DNA from: a virus
IMG/VR virus record: IMGVR_UViG_3300014834_000354
Location: 1 to 64,000 of that record
DNA length: 64,000 nt
Reading direction: 5' to 3' (one strand)
The notes under the pieces were generated by a model. That model searched no databases. It was not told the origin of the DNA and saw only the letters and a program-made list of their open reading frames with translations. How positions within the stretch are numbered: position 1 is the first letter of the stretch; each line of letters starts with the position of its first letter. Shown here one piece after another: positions 28,230 through 36,386 of the stretch. Position numbers and translations under genes: made by a program.

Positions 28230-28475
28230 TTATTCTACTTCAAACAAAATCTTTTCGTTCTCTACGCGAATACGAGTAATTTTGCGGCCATCAATCAGGC
28301 TGCCGAGGCCAATAAATGGCCCGCCGCTAGGATCCACAAATCCTAGGTCATTCCAGTCAATGTTAGGTTGACCTTCTCTACCACCGTATCTCCAATAATC
28401 AAGATCGCCGACGATAGTATAAACGTTTTCATCAACCTTTTCAAAATGATATTCATTTCCATGACGATTTTTCAT
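28230..28475 (-). CDS. Hypothetical phage protein (FVDPSGGPFI motif)
   Basis: DPSGGP motif; ends FEVE. Confidence 0.65.
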   Translation of the reverse strand: MKNRHGNEYHFEKVDENVYTIVGDLDYWRYGGREGQPNIDWNDLGFVDPSGGPFIGLGSLIDGRKITRIRVENEKILFEVE

Positions 28476-28692
28476 TTTTAGTCCCTGCTAGTTTTTGCAA
28501 TCTTTTGAGGTGAGGATATTTTACAATGAGATATTGTATCTTAAGTTTGTTATTGATTTCATAAACTTTTTCAACAACATTTGTGATTAGCGTGTATACG
28601 CATTGCACTATAACAAATATGTATCCCCAAAAACCATATAATATCCAGGATGAGTGGATAGATCTAAAGAATTTTTGAAAAATTTTATTCAT
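28453..28692 (-). CDS. Hypothetical membrane protein
   Basis: Single hydrophobic segment. Confidence 0.5.
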   Translation of the reverse strand: MNKIFQKFFRSIHSSWILYGFWGYIFVIVQCVYTLITNVVEKVYEINNKLKIQYLIVKYPHLKRLQKLAGTKNEKSSWK

Positions 28693-28695
28693 TGA

Positions 28696-28968
28696 TTAAA
28701 CGTCTTCATCTTCATGTAAAACATTCATAATATGAAATAACGCATCCACCGTTCCGCCGTTGCAACCTTGTAAATAACGCCTATCTTCAGGATCTGGTTG
28801 AGCCATAATGTCTGCATCATCAATCAGTTCTTCTCTCACTTTAGAATAAATTTCGTCAACCAGCGCCTCAGCATACTGGTGTAGAAATGGATCTAACACG
28901 TTGGCATCAAGTTGGTCATAGATTGTTGGATCAATCTGTTCAACACGTTCTTTAAGTTTTTTATTCAT
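28696..28968 (-). CDS. KFAELIV-family small protein (divergent)
   Basis: MNKKLKE / QYAEALVDE; coupled through the GGAGTTGAAGAATGA junction. Confidence 0.65.
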   Translation of the reverse strand: MNKKLKERVEQIDPTIYDQLDANVLDPFLHQYAEALVDEIYSKVREELIDDADIMAQPDPEDRRYLQGCNGGTVDALFHIMNVLHEDEDV

Positions 28969-29180
28969 TCTTCAACTCCAAAATGCTGTTTGATTTTATC
29001 GCCGATATAAGTGTAATTGCCAATATCGTTATAGGCCTTATTTCCTATATCTGCACATTCTCTGACAATCAATTCGGCGAACTTTTCTGTAACTTGAACA
29101 TCTTCTGATCCTGGAATATCCAACCAAAGATGATCGCCTAGACCAGCCTTTAGCGCAAGTTCTTTAAGTTTTTCATTCAT
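28965..29180 (-). CDS. KFAELIV-family small protein
   Basis: MNEKLKELALKAG / EKFAELIVRECA / IKQHFGVEE. Confidence 0.8.
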   Translation of the reverse strand: MNEKLKELALKAGLGDHLWLDIPGSEDVQVTEKFAELIVRECADIGNKAYNDIGNYTYIGDKIKQHFGVEE

Positions 29181-29434
29181 TCTTCAACCTCATCTTCAAC
29201 TCCGAAATGTTTCTTAATCTGTCTGGCAATGCGATATGCAGTATTGGTGCAACATGCATCACCGTCAGTAATATCATCTTCACTAACTTTAGCACATTTT
29301 CTCACAATCAACTCGGTCAACTTTTCTAAATCATCATAATGGATCCAACGACCGTGTTCATCTGGTTCCATTGATCCATCCATATCAAGATTAAATCTTA
29401 CCACTTCTGTTAGTTCTTTAAGTTTTTTATTCAT
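29177..29434 (-). CDS. KFAELIV-family small protein
   Basis: MNKKLKEL / EKLTELIVRKCA / IKKHFGVEDEVEE. Confidence 0.8.
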   Translation of the reverse strand: MNKKLKELTEVVRFNLDMDGSMEPDEHGRWIHYDDLEKLTELIVRKCAKVSEDDITDGDACCTNTAYRIARQIKKHFGVEDEVEE

Positions 29435-29652
29435 TCTTCAACTCCAAAATGTTCTAACACAGAATTACCACAACCTGGAGTGAAAAGTCCTACATTTTCA
29501 TTGGCAACCTTTGCACATTTTCTCACGATCAGCTCGGCGAACTTTTCTTCGTCTAATTCATACCCTTCAAAACTTGGAGCACCATTAAACGGGTCATTAC
29601 CCCAGATTTCTTTAGTAGCCTGCTCTTTAAGTTCACGAATTCGTTCGTTCAT
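29431..29652 (-). CDS. KFAELIV-family small protein
   Basis: MNERIREL / EKFAELIVRKCA / VLEHFGVEE. Confidence 0.8.
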   Translation of the reverse strand: MNERIRELKEQATKEIWGNDPFNGAPSFEGYELDEEKFAELIVRKCAKVANENVGLFTPGCGNSVLEHFGVEE

Positions 29653-29891
29653 TCTTCAACTCCGAAATGTTTTTTGATAGCGTCACCTTCTTCACTACGT
29701 TCCCAATCTTCGGCATCGGCGTAACGATCAAAATAAATCTTATCGCATACGTTGACACATTCCTCTACAATTAACCTAGCAAACTCCAGATTAAATACCT
29801 GGGTGAATTCTCTATCATGCAAACTTGCTGGCATATCAAGAGTTATTTTTTCTGCCTCTTTCTCTAATCGTTGTAGTAATTCTTCGTTCAT
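29649..29891 (-). CDS. KFAELIV-family small protein
   Basis: MNEELLQRL / EFARLIVEECVNVC / IKKHFGVEE. Confidence 0.8.
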   Translation of the reverse strand: MNEELLQRLEKEAEKITLDMPASLHDREFTQVFNLEFARLIVEECVNVCDKIYFDRYADAEDWERSEEGDAIKKHFGVEE

Positions 29892-30091
29892 TCTTCAACT
29901 CCGAAATGTTCCAACATCTTTTCTTTGACGAGGATTTCTTCACCGACAAAATCAAACTTATCTTCAACAAACTGAGCACATGCCCGAACAATCAACTCGG
30001 CAAATTCGTCAGCAACAGTCTGCCAGTTCATGGGATCTTTTGTGTGTTTCAATACAGATTCACGCCATAGTTCTTTAATTTGTTCGTTCAT
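29888..30091 (-). CDS. KFAELIV-family small protein
   Basis: MNEQIKEL / EFAELIVRACA / MLEHFGVEE. Confidence 0.8.
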   Translation of the reverse strand: MNEQIKELWRESVLKHTKDPMNWQTVADEFAELIVRACAQFVEDKFDFVGEEILVKEKMLEHFGVEE

Positions 30092-30321
30092 TATTCAACT
30101 CCAAAATGTTGTTTGATTGAATCACCAATACATTCAGCGGCCTTGCCCCATGCAGTGCCACGATATTCTTCAGTAACGCCAGCACATACACGAACAAGCC
30201 GCTCGACGAACTTTTGAAATTCGTCTTCTGTAAACTTGACGGAGTTTGGGCTTCCAGCAAATCCTTCGTAAAATTCTCCACCAGCCTGTTTAGCAAGTTG
30301 TTTGATTTGTTCGTTCATCAT
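30091..30321 (-). CDS. KFAELIV-family small protein (start corrected to MMNEQ)
   Basis: MNEQIKQLAKQAG / QKFVERLVRVCA / IKQHFGVE. The longer ORF start lies inside a promoter repeat. Confidence 0.8.
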   Translation of the reverse strand: MMNEQIKQLAKQAGGEFYEGFAGSPNSVKFTEDEFQKFVERLVRVCAGVTEEYRGTAWGKAAECIGDSIKQHFGVE

Positions 30322-30406
30322 TTTCAATCTTCCAAATGAATTGATCGATAGGCCTATTATACCATAAGCATGAGAAATATACACTAAAAATGTTGACTAG
30401 TTCACA
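30318..30406 (-). repeat. 89-bp promoter/leader direct repeat, copy 1 (GTGTAT-N17-TATAAT with TG extension)
   Basis: Near-identical to 31353-31441; runs up to the start codon. Confidence 0.8.
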
Positions 30407-30428
30407 CTAATCAATTTGGTGAACTTTG

Positions 30429-30764
30429 CTAAATCGGAAAAATCATCTCAGTGAAAACAGTATCCTCATGCATAATTTCAATGGTTGCGCCAAGTTCTCC
30501 TGCCTGCGCGATCAAGCTGCTGAGTACACCTTGTCCATACAGGTTAACCCCATAGTGTTCCTTGTGGCAGGTGTATGTAGACCCGCTGGCGCCGGAAAAA
30601 ACGTAGTAATTGTTTTCTTCTACTACACCGGTGATCCCCGAATTCATCTTCCATGAATCTCCTCCGGCGTAGCCGCCATACCAACATGCAAATACTTTGT
30701 ACACGATATTTTCACCGTGAGAAATCTTGATCACCACCCATCGGTCTGGCGTATAGTTACTCAT
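30429..30764 (-). CDS. Hypothetical phage protein (YTPDRWVVIKI...GGDSWKMNSGI)
   Basis: Resembles a small-protein family I recall from large phages. Confidence 0.7.
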   Translation of the reverse strand: MSNYTPDRWVVIKISHGENIVYKVFACWYGGYAGGDSWKMNSGITGVVEENNYYVFSGASGSTYTCHKEHYGVNLYGQGVLSSLIAQAGELGATIEIMHEDTVFTEMIFPI

Positions 30765-30775
30765 GTTTGTTTACT

Positions 30776-30982
30776 TTATTCAATCCCGAAATGATTCTTT
30801 AATTTGTAACCAATGCCATTTAAAGGACAGCTTGTTGGAGCTATTGTTTCATCTAGAGCTAGAGCGCATTTTTGAATAAGTAACTCGGCAAATTTTTCTA
30901 CAAATGCTGGATCTTGAGTCATCAAGTTTACGTCTACTGCCCGTGCACTTTCATACGCAAGTTTTTGAATTAGTTTATTCAT
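30776..30982 (-). CDS. KFAELIV-family small protein
   Basis: MNKLIQKLA / EKFAELLIQKCA / LKNHFGIE. Confidence 0.8.
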   Translation of the reverse strand: MNKLIQKLAYESARAVDVNLMTQDPAFVEKFAELLIQKCALALDETIAPTSCPLNGIGYKLKNHFGIE

Positions 30983-31005
30983 TGATTTCAGCAGACTCCC
31001 AAATC

Positions 31006-31356
31006 TCAGATCATTTCAAATTTGACGACGTAGCCCTTAGCTTCTGCTGCACTCATCCAGTCTCGAAGACATTTAACATGCTCTGTGGCTTCACACACTG
31101 TCTTAAAACCTACAGGTTCGCCTTCACCAAAGATGTCTTCATCAGCAAAGACTGGAACTTTTGTAGGATTGTTGCGGGCTTCAACCCATGCAATGTATGC
31201 AGCTGCAGGGTTTTCGGAAGCCAGGATACGGTTTGTTTCTTCAGTTCTGGTTTGCCATGCATCAAACTTAAGTCGCTGAACATCGTGGCCAATTGAACCA
31301 TCTGCCAGCTTAAAGAAGATTTCACGTTCAGCAACGATAAAAACATTCATGCTCAT
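31006..31356 (-). CDS. Hypothetical protein (start corrected to MSMNVF)
   Basis: Directly follows promoter repeat copy 2. Confidence 0.65.
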   Translation of the reverse strand: MSMNVFIVAEREIFFKLADGSIGHDVQRLKFDAWQTRTEETNRILASENPAAAYIAWVEARNNPTKVPVFADEDIFGEGEPVGFKTVCEATEHVKCLRDWMSAAEAKGYVVKFEMI

Positions 31357-31441
31357 TTTCAATCTTCCGAATGAATTAGTCAATAGACATATTATACCAT
31401 AAGCATGAGAAATGTACACTAAAAATGTTGACTAGTTCACA
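31353..31441 (-). repeat. 89-bp promoter/leader direct repeat, copy 2 (GTGTAC-N17-TATAAT)
   Basis: Near-identical to 30318-30406. Confidence 0.8.
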
Positions 31442-31543
31442 TTGTGACAGAGCATTTTTCTAATAAATGGCCTTCTCTCTGGCATGCTCTTCATCTAGAA
31501 GAATATCGTAGATCGCTATTCGCGGTATAAAGGTACTCCAAAA

Positions 31544-31551
31544 TATAAATA
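31544..31551 (+). promoter_or_regulatory. T4-type late promoter TATAAATA
   Basis: Exact match 36 nt upstream of the plus-strand gene at 31588. Confidence 0.65.
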
Positions 31552-31587
31552 ATACCAAGTTATAATTTTTGGAAGAAAGTATTAAAC

Positions 31588-32130
31588 ATGTTATTATGTG
31601 AACTAACCGAAAACAATGAGACATGGTATCACGGTTCAACCGCGGAAATAAAGCGATTTAATCTTGACAATGTTGGCAAAGCTGATGCAACAGATCAAGA
31701 AGGTCCAGGCATTTATTTAACGAACTCAATTGATGATGCGCTGCATTATGGTAATATTGTACACACCGTAAAAACAATTAGATCGCCAAGACTTGTTCCG
31801 GAAAAAAAATCATTTTCAATATTAACAATTAAAGAGCTAATTAATCTATCTCCGAATAAAGAAGATATTCTTCAGGACTGGGACCAAAAACCAGAAATTG
31901 CTATCGCAAAAGCATCAAGAGCAATATATGATCGCTGGGGTCCTAATAAATTTCGCGAAATGCTTGAACAGGTGTGGTACGATTTTTACAGAGAGACTCC
32001 AAAGGAGTGGTTGAATATTTTGACGACAAATCTTAAATATGATGGGTTTATTCTACCAAGTGCTGGCGTTAAACACTTCATCTGTTTTAATCCTGAGATA
32101 CTAGAAATTACTAAGGTAGAAAATTATTAA
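31588..32130 (+). CDS. ADP-ribosyltransferase-fold protein (HY-type), late, possibly virion-packaged
   Basis: WYHGS, GPGIYLT, A..YG, YDGFI...CFNP motifs; N-terminal LTE; only long plus-strand gene in the array. Confidence 0.6.
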   Translation: MLLCELTENNETWYHGSTAEIKRFNLDNVGKADATDQEGPGIYLTNSIDDALHYGNIVHTVKTIRSPRLVPEKKSFSILTIKELINLSPNKEDILQDWDQKPEIAIAKASRAIYDRWGPNKFREMLEQVWYDFYRETPKEWLNILTTNLKYDGFILPSAGVKHFICFNPEILEITKVENY

Positions 32131-32188
32131 TTTACTGCACACGTAAGCTGCTACTTAAAGCCTCAGCTAAAATAAATATTGTTTTGCA

Positions 32189-32383
32189 TTATTCTGTTCT
32201 TAGTAAAATCCACCTAGGCCCAAAAGATGATTCATTTACACGGTAAACAGCCATTCGAAACTTGCCCTTGTTTCTTACGATATATCGCTCAACATGATAG
32301 GCTGCCGAATGTAAGTCGTGTTCGAAAAAGTAAGTACTGAATCCAGAATTAATGTTTGTAATTTTAAATTCTTGCTTTTTCAT
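32189..32383 (-). CDS. Hypothetical protein
   Basis: ATGA-coupled to the FGVKE junction of the upstream gene. Confidence 0.55.
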   Translation of the reverse strand: MKKQEFKITNINSGFSTYFFEHDLHSAAYHVERYIVRNKGKFRMAVYRVNESSFGPRWILLRTE

Positions 32384-32574
32384 TCTTTAACCCCAAAATG
32401 TTCTTTAAGTTTTTCAACTAACTTGGGTCGACTAGCAAATTCTCCACCATTGCTGACAATATCAATGCATCTTTCAATAATCAATTCTGCAAATTTTTCT
32501 CTATCAAAGAAATAATACCCATGTTCCTTGGTTTCTGCACGTTCAATCATATTTCGTAAATTTTTATTCATCAT
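32380..32574 (-). CDS. KFAELIV-family small protein
   Basis: MNKNLRNM / EKFAELIIERC / LKEHFGVKE. Confidence 0.8.
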   Translation of the reverse strand: MMNKNLRNMIERAETKEHGYYFFDREKFAELIIERCIDIVSNGGEFASRPKLVEKLKEHFGVKE

Positions 32575-32915
32575 TTTTCCCAAATCATTCGAGCAATTTT
32601 AATTTCTTCTGCTGTCAACGACTCCTTATGTCGTTTCGGCACGTCACCGCGGACAAATTCGTAATCGCTCATTTCTGTTGCATGCCTGTCTCTTTTCAAC
32701 ATCTCTCGTCTAAATTCTCCTACTGTTTTTCCTACCCAAGCGGGACAAAAGGCCCAAGCAGGTATCCACCTCATACGGTTCATAGGCATGCCACCGTATG
32801 TGGCATTAGTTTGCAGATAATCACTTTGGCCCGTATAGATTAAGTTGAGTTGTCGAACCCAATCATCTTTTTCAATTTTGTCCAGGTCTTCTAGAATATT
32901 AACTGAGATCATCAT
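32571..32915 (-). CDS. Hypothetical protein
   Basis: 114-aa ORF, ATGA-coupled at both ends. Confidence 0.6.
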   Translation of the reverse strand: MMISVNILEDLDKIEKDDWVRQLNLIYTGQSDYLQTNATYGGMPMNRMRWIPAWAFCPAWVGKTVGEFRREMLKRDRHATEMSDYEFVRGDVPKRHKESLTAEEIKIARMIWEK

Positions 32916-33181
32916 TCAATTCCAAAACGTTTAATCATAGAACTGCGCACTTTACCACACGCACGATTATGTTCAGTGTCACCATTTCTAATAACTTCCC
33001 ATTCAGCGCATTTGATGCATTCGTTAACAATAAGCTCTGCGAATTTTTCTTCAAATCTTAATTGAAATTCATTGTCTTCCATATAATAGCCATATCTCTC
33101 ACAATCAGCAACATGTGAACGAGCATATTTTTTAGCTTGTTCGGAAAGTTCTTGAATTAACTGTTTTCCGATGTTCATCAT
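32912..33181 (-). CDS. KFAELIV-family small protein
   Basis: LIQELSEQA / EKFAELIVNECIKC / IKRFGIE. Confidence 0.8.
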   Translation of the reverse strand: MMNIGKQLIQELSEQAKKYARSHVADCERYGYYMEDNEFQLRFEEKFAELIVNECIKCAEWEVIRNGDTEHNRACGKVRSSMIKRFGIE

Positions 33182-33390
33182 TCAATTCCAAAATGTTCTT
33201 TTAACACGTAATTAACCTGATAATTTCCAAGTTCATTGTCGTACAGCACATCGCAACACCGTTTAACAATCAACTCACATAATTTTTTGGTGTACGCTGT
33301 ATGGAATTCTCCTCCAATGTCAACCGCGTCATCAGCATAGTCCTCTGCGTCATCTGCTAGCTGTTGCAACTGCTCATTTAAGGAATTCAT
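33178..33390 (-). CDS. KFAELIV-family small protein
   Basis: NEQLQQLA / KKLCELIVKRCC / LKEHFGIE. Confidence 0.8.
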   Translation of the reverse strand: MNSLNEQLQQLADDAEDYADDAVDIGGEFHTAYTKKLCELIVKRCCDVLYDNELGNYQVNYVLKEHFGIE

Positions 33391-33641
33391 GTTTGACTTT
33401 CCTCTTGCTGATAATAAGCATCACCAAAAACGTTATGCAGCATATCTCTAATTACTGCTTCTTGTTTCTTTTCTTTGATGTTGGAACAATAAACTGCCGA
33501 AATACACTTAGAAACAAGCAGCTCGGCGAATTTCTCTAATTCAAAATCGGCTCCCTTATATAAGTCCGCCATATCAGGGCAATTGCTTGGCATATGGCTC
33601 AAGCCAGCTTCTATTGCAAGTTTTTGAATTCGTCTGTTCAC
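33387..33641 (-). CDS. KFAELIV-family small protein
   Basis: MNRRIQKLAIEAG / EKFAELLVSKC / NVFG; GGAGG Shine-Dalgarno, GTG start. Confidence 0.8.
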   Translation of the reverse strand: MNRRIQKLAIEAGLSHMPSNCPDMADLYKGADFELEKFAELLVSKCISAVYCSNIKEKKQEAVIRDMLHNVFGDAYYQQEESQT

Positions 33642-33675
33642 AGTCAGCCTCCAGAATACATACCGTAGATTAACA

Positions 33676-33705
33676 ATTATACATTAAAAAATGTAAGATG
33701 TAAAC
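33676..33705 (-). promoter_or_regulatory. Early sigma70-type promoter GTTTACA-N17-TATAAT
   Basis: Exact 17-nt spacing, upstream of 33641. Confidence 0.75.
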
Positions 33706-33734
33706 ATGCCATTACGTAAACGCGTCTAATACGT

Positions 33735-33959
33735 TCATTCATTTACATACTGCCAATCATCGGGCCAGCTATCAGTATATCGCCATTTATACGCACTCCA
33801 GCGCATACCGTGTAGTTCAATTTCTCGTTCTGCTTTTCTTTCGTGAATATCTTGCAAAAGTATCATCTTATTTTCACAACGGTAAACAATTTCAACAAGC
33901 TTCGGCGCAGCTGGGTAGCGGCGCTGGATTGGGCCCGCAATTACAGGTACCCAGATCAT
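33735..33959 (-). CDS. Hypothetical protein
   Basis: AGGAG Shine-Dalgarno supplied by a KEHLGVK remnant. Confidence 0.6.
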   Translation of the reverse strand: MIWVPVIAGPIQRRYPAAPKLVEIVYRCENKMILLQDIHERKAEREIELHGMRWSAYKWRYTDSWPDDWQYVNE

Positions 33960-34019
33960 GATTTAACTCCTAAATGTTCTTTTGACATATAATGAACTTG
34001 ATAATTTTAAAATTGATTA

Positions 34020-34274
34020 TCATTTATGATGTCGTGTATCATAAATCAAAAAAATAAAATTGAATGTCAAAAGTCCGAATTCAACTTCTATAACTCGTTG
34101 ATGAAATGATCTAGGTGACATTATTTCAACGCTGGCTTTTATGATGTTATTACATCTCAATAACTGAAGTTCCCAATTTTTATCAGGAATGAATGTTTTG
34201 CCAGCCCACCACTTGATATTCGAAAAACCTATTTCTTTGAATGGATTTGAAATACAAAAATTTAATTTAATCAT
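34020..34274 (-). CDS. Hypothetical protein
   Basis: 84-aa ORF in the array. Confidence 0.6.
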   Translation of the reverse strand: MIKLNFCISNPFKEIGFSNIKWWAGKTFIPDKNWELQLLRCNNIIKASVEIMSPRSFHQRVIEVEFGLLTFNFIFLIYDTRHHK

Positions 34275-34300
34275 AGCATGCCTTTATTCAAACTAAAATA

Positions 34301-34340
34301 ACACGGAATCATCTATATTAATTTACAGATGATTCCGTGT
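34301..34340. terminator. Hairpin with a 14-bp perfect stem
   Basis: ACACGGAATCATCT-N12-AGATGATTCCGTGT downstream of the 34358 stop. Confidence 0.55.
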
Positions 34341-34357
34341 GTCAATTTGCTTTGTTG

Positions 34358-34570
34358 TTATTTCTTCTTTTTGCCAATTTTTGCAACAACAGCCGCTTTA
34401 CTCTGCAGCAGTTGATTTAACAGATGGCGGTAGGTGCGAGTCGCTGCGATGCTCATATCATCTTCTTTGCCTTCGAGCTCAGAGATCTTTTGAAGTAACT
34501 CTTGTTCTCGTGCCCGATGGCGTTCAACATCGGCGTTAACGCCCTTCACATCTCTATAGAAGTATTTCAT
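34358..34570 (-). CDS. Hypothetical coiled-coil protein
   Basis: GAGGTG Shine-Dalgarno; has its own promoter and hairpin. Confidence 0.65.
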   Translation of the reverse strand: MKYFYRDVKGVNADVERHRAREQELLQKISELEGKEDDMSIAATRTYRHLLNQLLQSKAAVVAKIGKKKK

Positions 34571-34597
34571 GATGCACCTCTTTCAATCAATATGGTA

Positions 34598-34627
34598 ATT
34601 GTATCATATACTAATTTATATGTAAAC
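34598..34627 (-). promoter_or_regulatory. Early promoter GTTTACA-N17-TACAAT (TG-extended)
   Basis: Exact spacing, upstream of 34570. Confidence 0.7.
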
Positions 34628-34717
34628 AATTTTATGCGCCTGAATGTAGGCTGAGGAACATCTGGTTTGGGGTGTTACTTGGATTTTACCTTGTAGGCGC
34701 TGAAGAATGGCACAAAT

Positions 34718-34882
34718 TCAATCTCTCGAATTGTCTGCAAGTTGCTGTCTTAGTTTTTTGATTTCTTGAAGACTTTCCTCAAGTAACCGCATTGCCTCTC
34801 CCCAATATAAATCGGCGAAAGTGTCATAGCATGCGAATTCCAACTTTTCTACAATATCGTTTGAGCCATGATAACCATCCAT
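34718..34882 (-). CDS. 54-aa hypothetical protein (DIVEKL...EIKKLR; absent from the ORF track)
   Basis: AGGAGG Shine-Dalgarno; MDGYHGSNDIVEKLEF...NSRD*. Confidence 0.6.
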   Translation of the reverse strand: MDGYHGSNDIVEKLEFACYDTFADLYWGEAMRLLEESLQEIKKLRQQLADNSRD

Positions 34883-34899
34883 ACAGCGTGCCTCCTAAC

Positions 34900-35121
34900 T
34901 CAACTGTTATCTTTAAACATTTGGCGCATTGCGCCTGCACATTCGGTTGGATGCATGTCCCTTTTTCCAAATCTATCACATAGTTCAGCACACTGTTCAG
35001 TGATCAATTGCGTGAATTTTTCCATTTGCTCTGGGGTCATGACATACACCGGTTCATACCAATCTGTTGACTTAGAAGTCTGCTTTGCAGCTTTGATCAT
35101 TTCTTTTATGAGATAATTCAT
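34900..35121 (-). CDS. KFAELIV-family small protein
   Basis: MNYLIKEM / EKFTQLITEQCAELC / MRQMF. Confidence 0.75.
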   Translation of the reverse strand: MNYLIKEMIKAAKQTSKSTDWYEPVYVMTPEQMEKFTQLITEQCAELCDRFGKRDMHPTECAGAMRQMFKDNS

Positions 35122-35138
35122 TGTTAGTCTCTTTAAAA

Positions 35139-35426
35139 TTACAGTAAAGTTTTTTCAATATGTTGGGCTACGTCTTCAGCATCAACCGCCCGAACTGTAT
35201 AACACTGCCGCGCAGTATATGCGCATTTCTCAATAATCATATTAGCAAATCTAATTTGATTCTGATGTATTTTGTCAAAAATACGACTTCTCACTTCTGC
35301 AGGCTGTTCATTCCACGCTTCAGCAATTTTAACACTAACTTCACTGTCATTGCACAACATTTCTGCGAATAAGGTGCCAGCATCCACGTATGCTCTTGAC
35401 ATTAGTTCTTCAATCTGTTTATTCAT
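35139..35426 (-). CDS. KFAELIV-family small protein (start corrected to MNKQIEEL)
   Basis: GGAGG Shine-Dalgarno; RFANMIIEKCA. Confidence 0.7.
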   Translation of the reverse strand: MNKQIEELMSRAYVDAGTLFAEMLCNDSEVSVKIAEAWNEQPAEVRSRIFDKIHQNQIRFANMIIEKCAYTARQCYTVRAVDAEDVAQHIEKTLL

Positions 35427-35538
35427 CTTTGCGTCCTCCAGTTTGTTAATTTTTGTACTTACCGCACCTACATAATACCCCACACAAATACCAGAGCACC
35501 ACCAATCACCATACCAATTAATGACCACAGAGTTGATT

Positions 35539-35784
35539 TCATTTTAGCTCCTTAATACGGTTTTCAATCATTTCAACGCACCATAAAATAACTTGTTCTT
35601 GAGTTGGTGGCACAATATTCCTTATATGTTGTGCATCATAACATGCGCGAATACACTCTCTCATGACTAATTCTGCGAACTTTTTACGCCAATCGTCATA
35701 TTTGACTGTGCCTGTGCCTAATTTTGCTATTTCTGCCCAGCACTGTTTTTCAAGTTGATCGAGGTCAAAAGTCATCTCATCCAT
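35539..35784 (-). CDS. KFAELIV-family small protein
   Basis: KKFAELVMRECIRAC. Confidence 0.75.
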   Translation of the reverse strand: MDEMTFDLDQLEKQCWAEIAKLGTGTVKYDDWRKKFAELVMRECIRACYDAQHIRNIVPPTQEQVILWCVEMIENRIKELK

Positions 35785-36025
35785 GATTCACTCCAAAATA
35801 GTCTTTAATGTCATCTGCACAATTCTCAGCGGCATCGTTATAATACTGCGCTGCTGCACCATCTTCAGGCGGGCAATATCCGGTATAGCGTACATTACTG
35901 CAAATTTTAACACACTGCTTAATTAAAGAAACTGCGAAACGCTCTATAATAAAATCAGGAACCGTCCATACTCCTGCCGTCAATTCGGCTTCATCTGCAA
36001 GTTTTTTAATATTTTCATTCATCAT
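35777..36025 (-). CDS. KFAELIV-family small protein
   Basis: MNENIKKLADEA / ERFAVSLIKQCVKIC / IKDYFGV. Confidence 0.8.
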   Translation of the reverse strand: MMNENIKKLADEAELTAGVWTVPDFIIERFAVSLIKQCVKICSNVRYTGYCPPEDGAAAQYYNDAAENCADDIKDYFGVNHG

Positions 36026-36303
36026 TCGATGCCTTCAAGCCAATTGAAAATCGTAATTACGTTATCTACCGAATTTGCCCACCGATCAAATTCATCTTTT
36101 GGGCAACTCATGTCGACAAAAAATTCATCATTCCACCACCGAAACCTATATAGCCTACCTTTATACTGTGCAATAGAACCATTTTTGAAAAAGCTTCGTT
36201 CTATCTTATATCCACGTCTTTTTAATAAAGTTTTGAATTCGCTTGCGCTAAAACCGTGTAGCTGTTTGCGAGTCGGCTTTGGTTGTGTATATTTGAATTT
36301 CAT
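36022..36303 (-). CDS. Hypothetical basic protein
   Basis: Start MKFKY after GGTG; TG-extended TATAAT at 36337-36342. Confidence 0.6.
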   Translation of the reverse strand: MKFKYTQPKPTRKQLHGFSASEFKTLLKRRGYKIERSFFKNGSIAQYKGRLYRFRWWNDEFFVDMSCPKDEFDRWANSVDNVITIFNWLEGIE

Positions 36304-36386
36304 AAATCTCACCAAATCAACAATATGTAATAATGAATTATACCATAATTCTCACGTAGGTTGACGATAATTTGTATACTTTATTT

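Noticed and set aside
28948-30108. Regularly spaced 21-bp repeats as a CRISPR array
   Set aside because: Spacing is ~200-260 bp, the repeats are coding gene junctions, and no cas operon is present.
30322-30384. Shared N-terminal peptide MYISHAYGII in two ORFs (also 31357-31419)
   Set aside because: It is the translation of the duplicated promoter; the true starts lie downstream.
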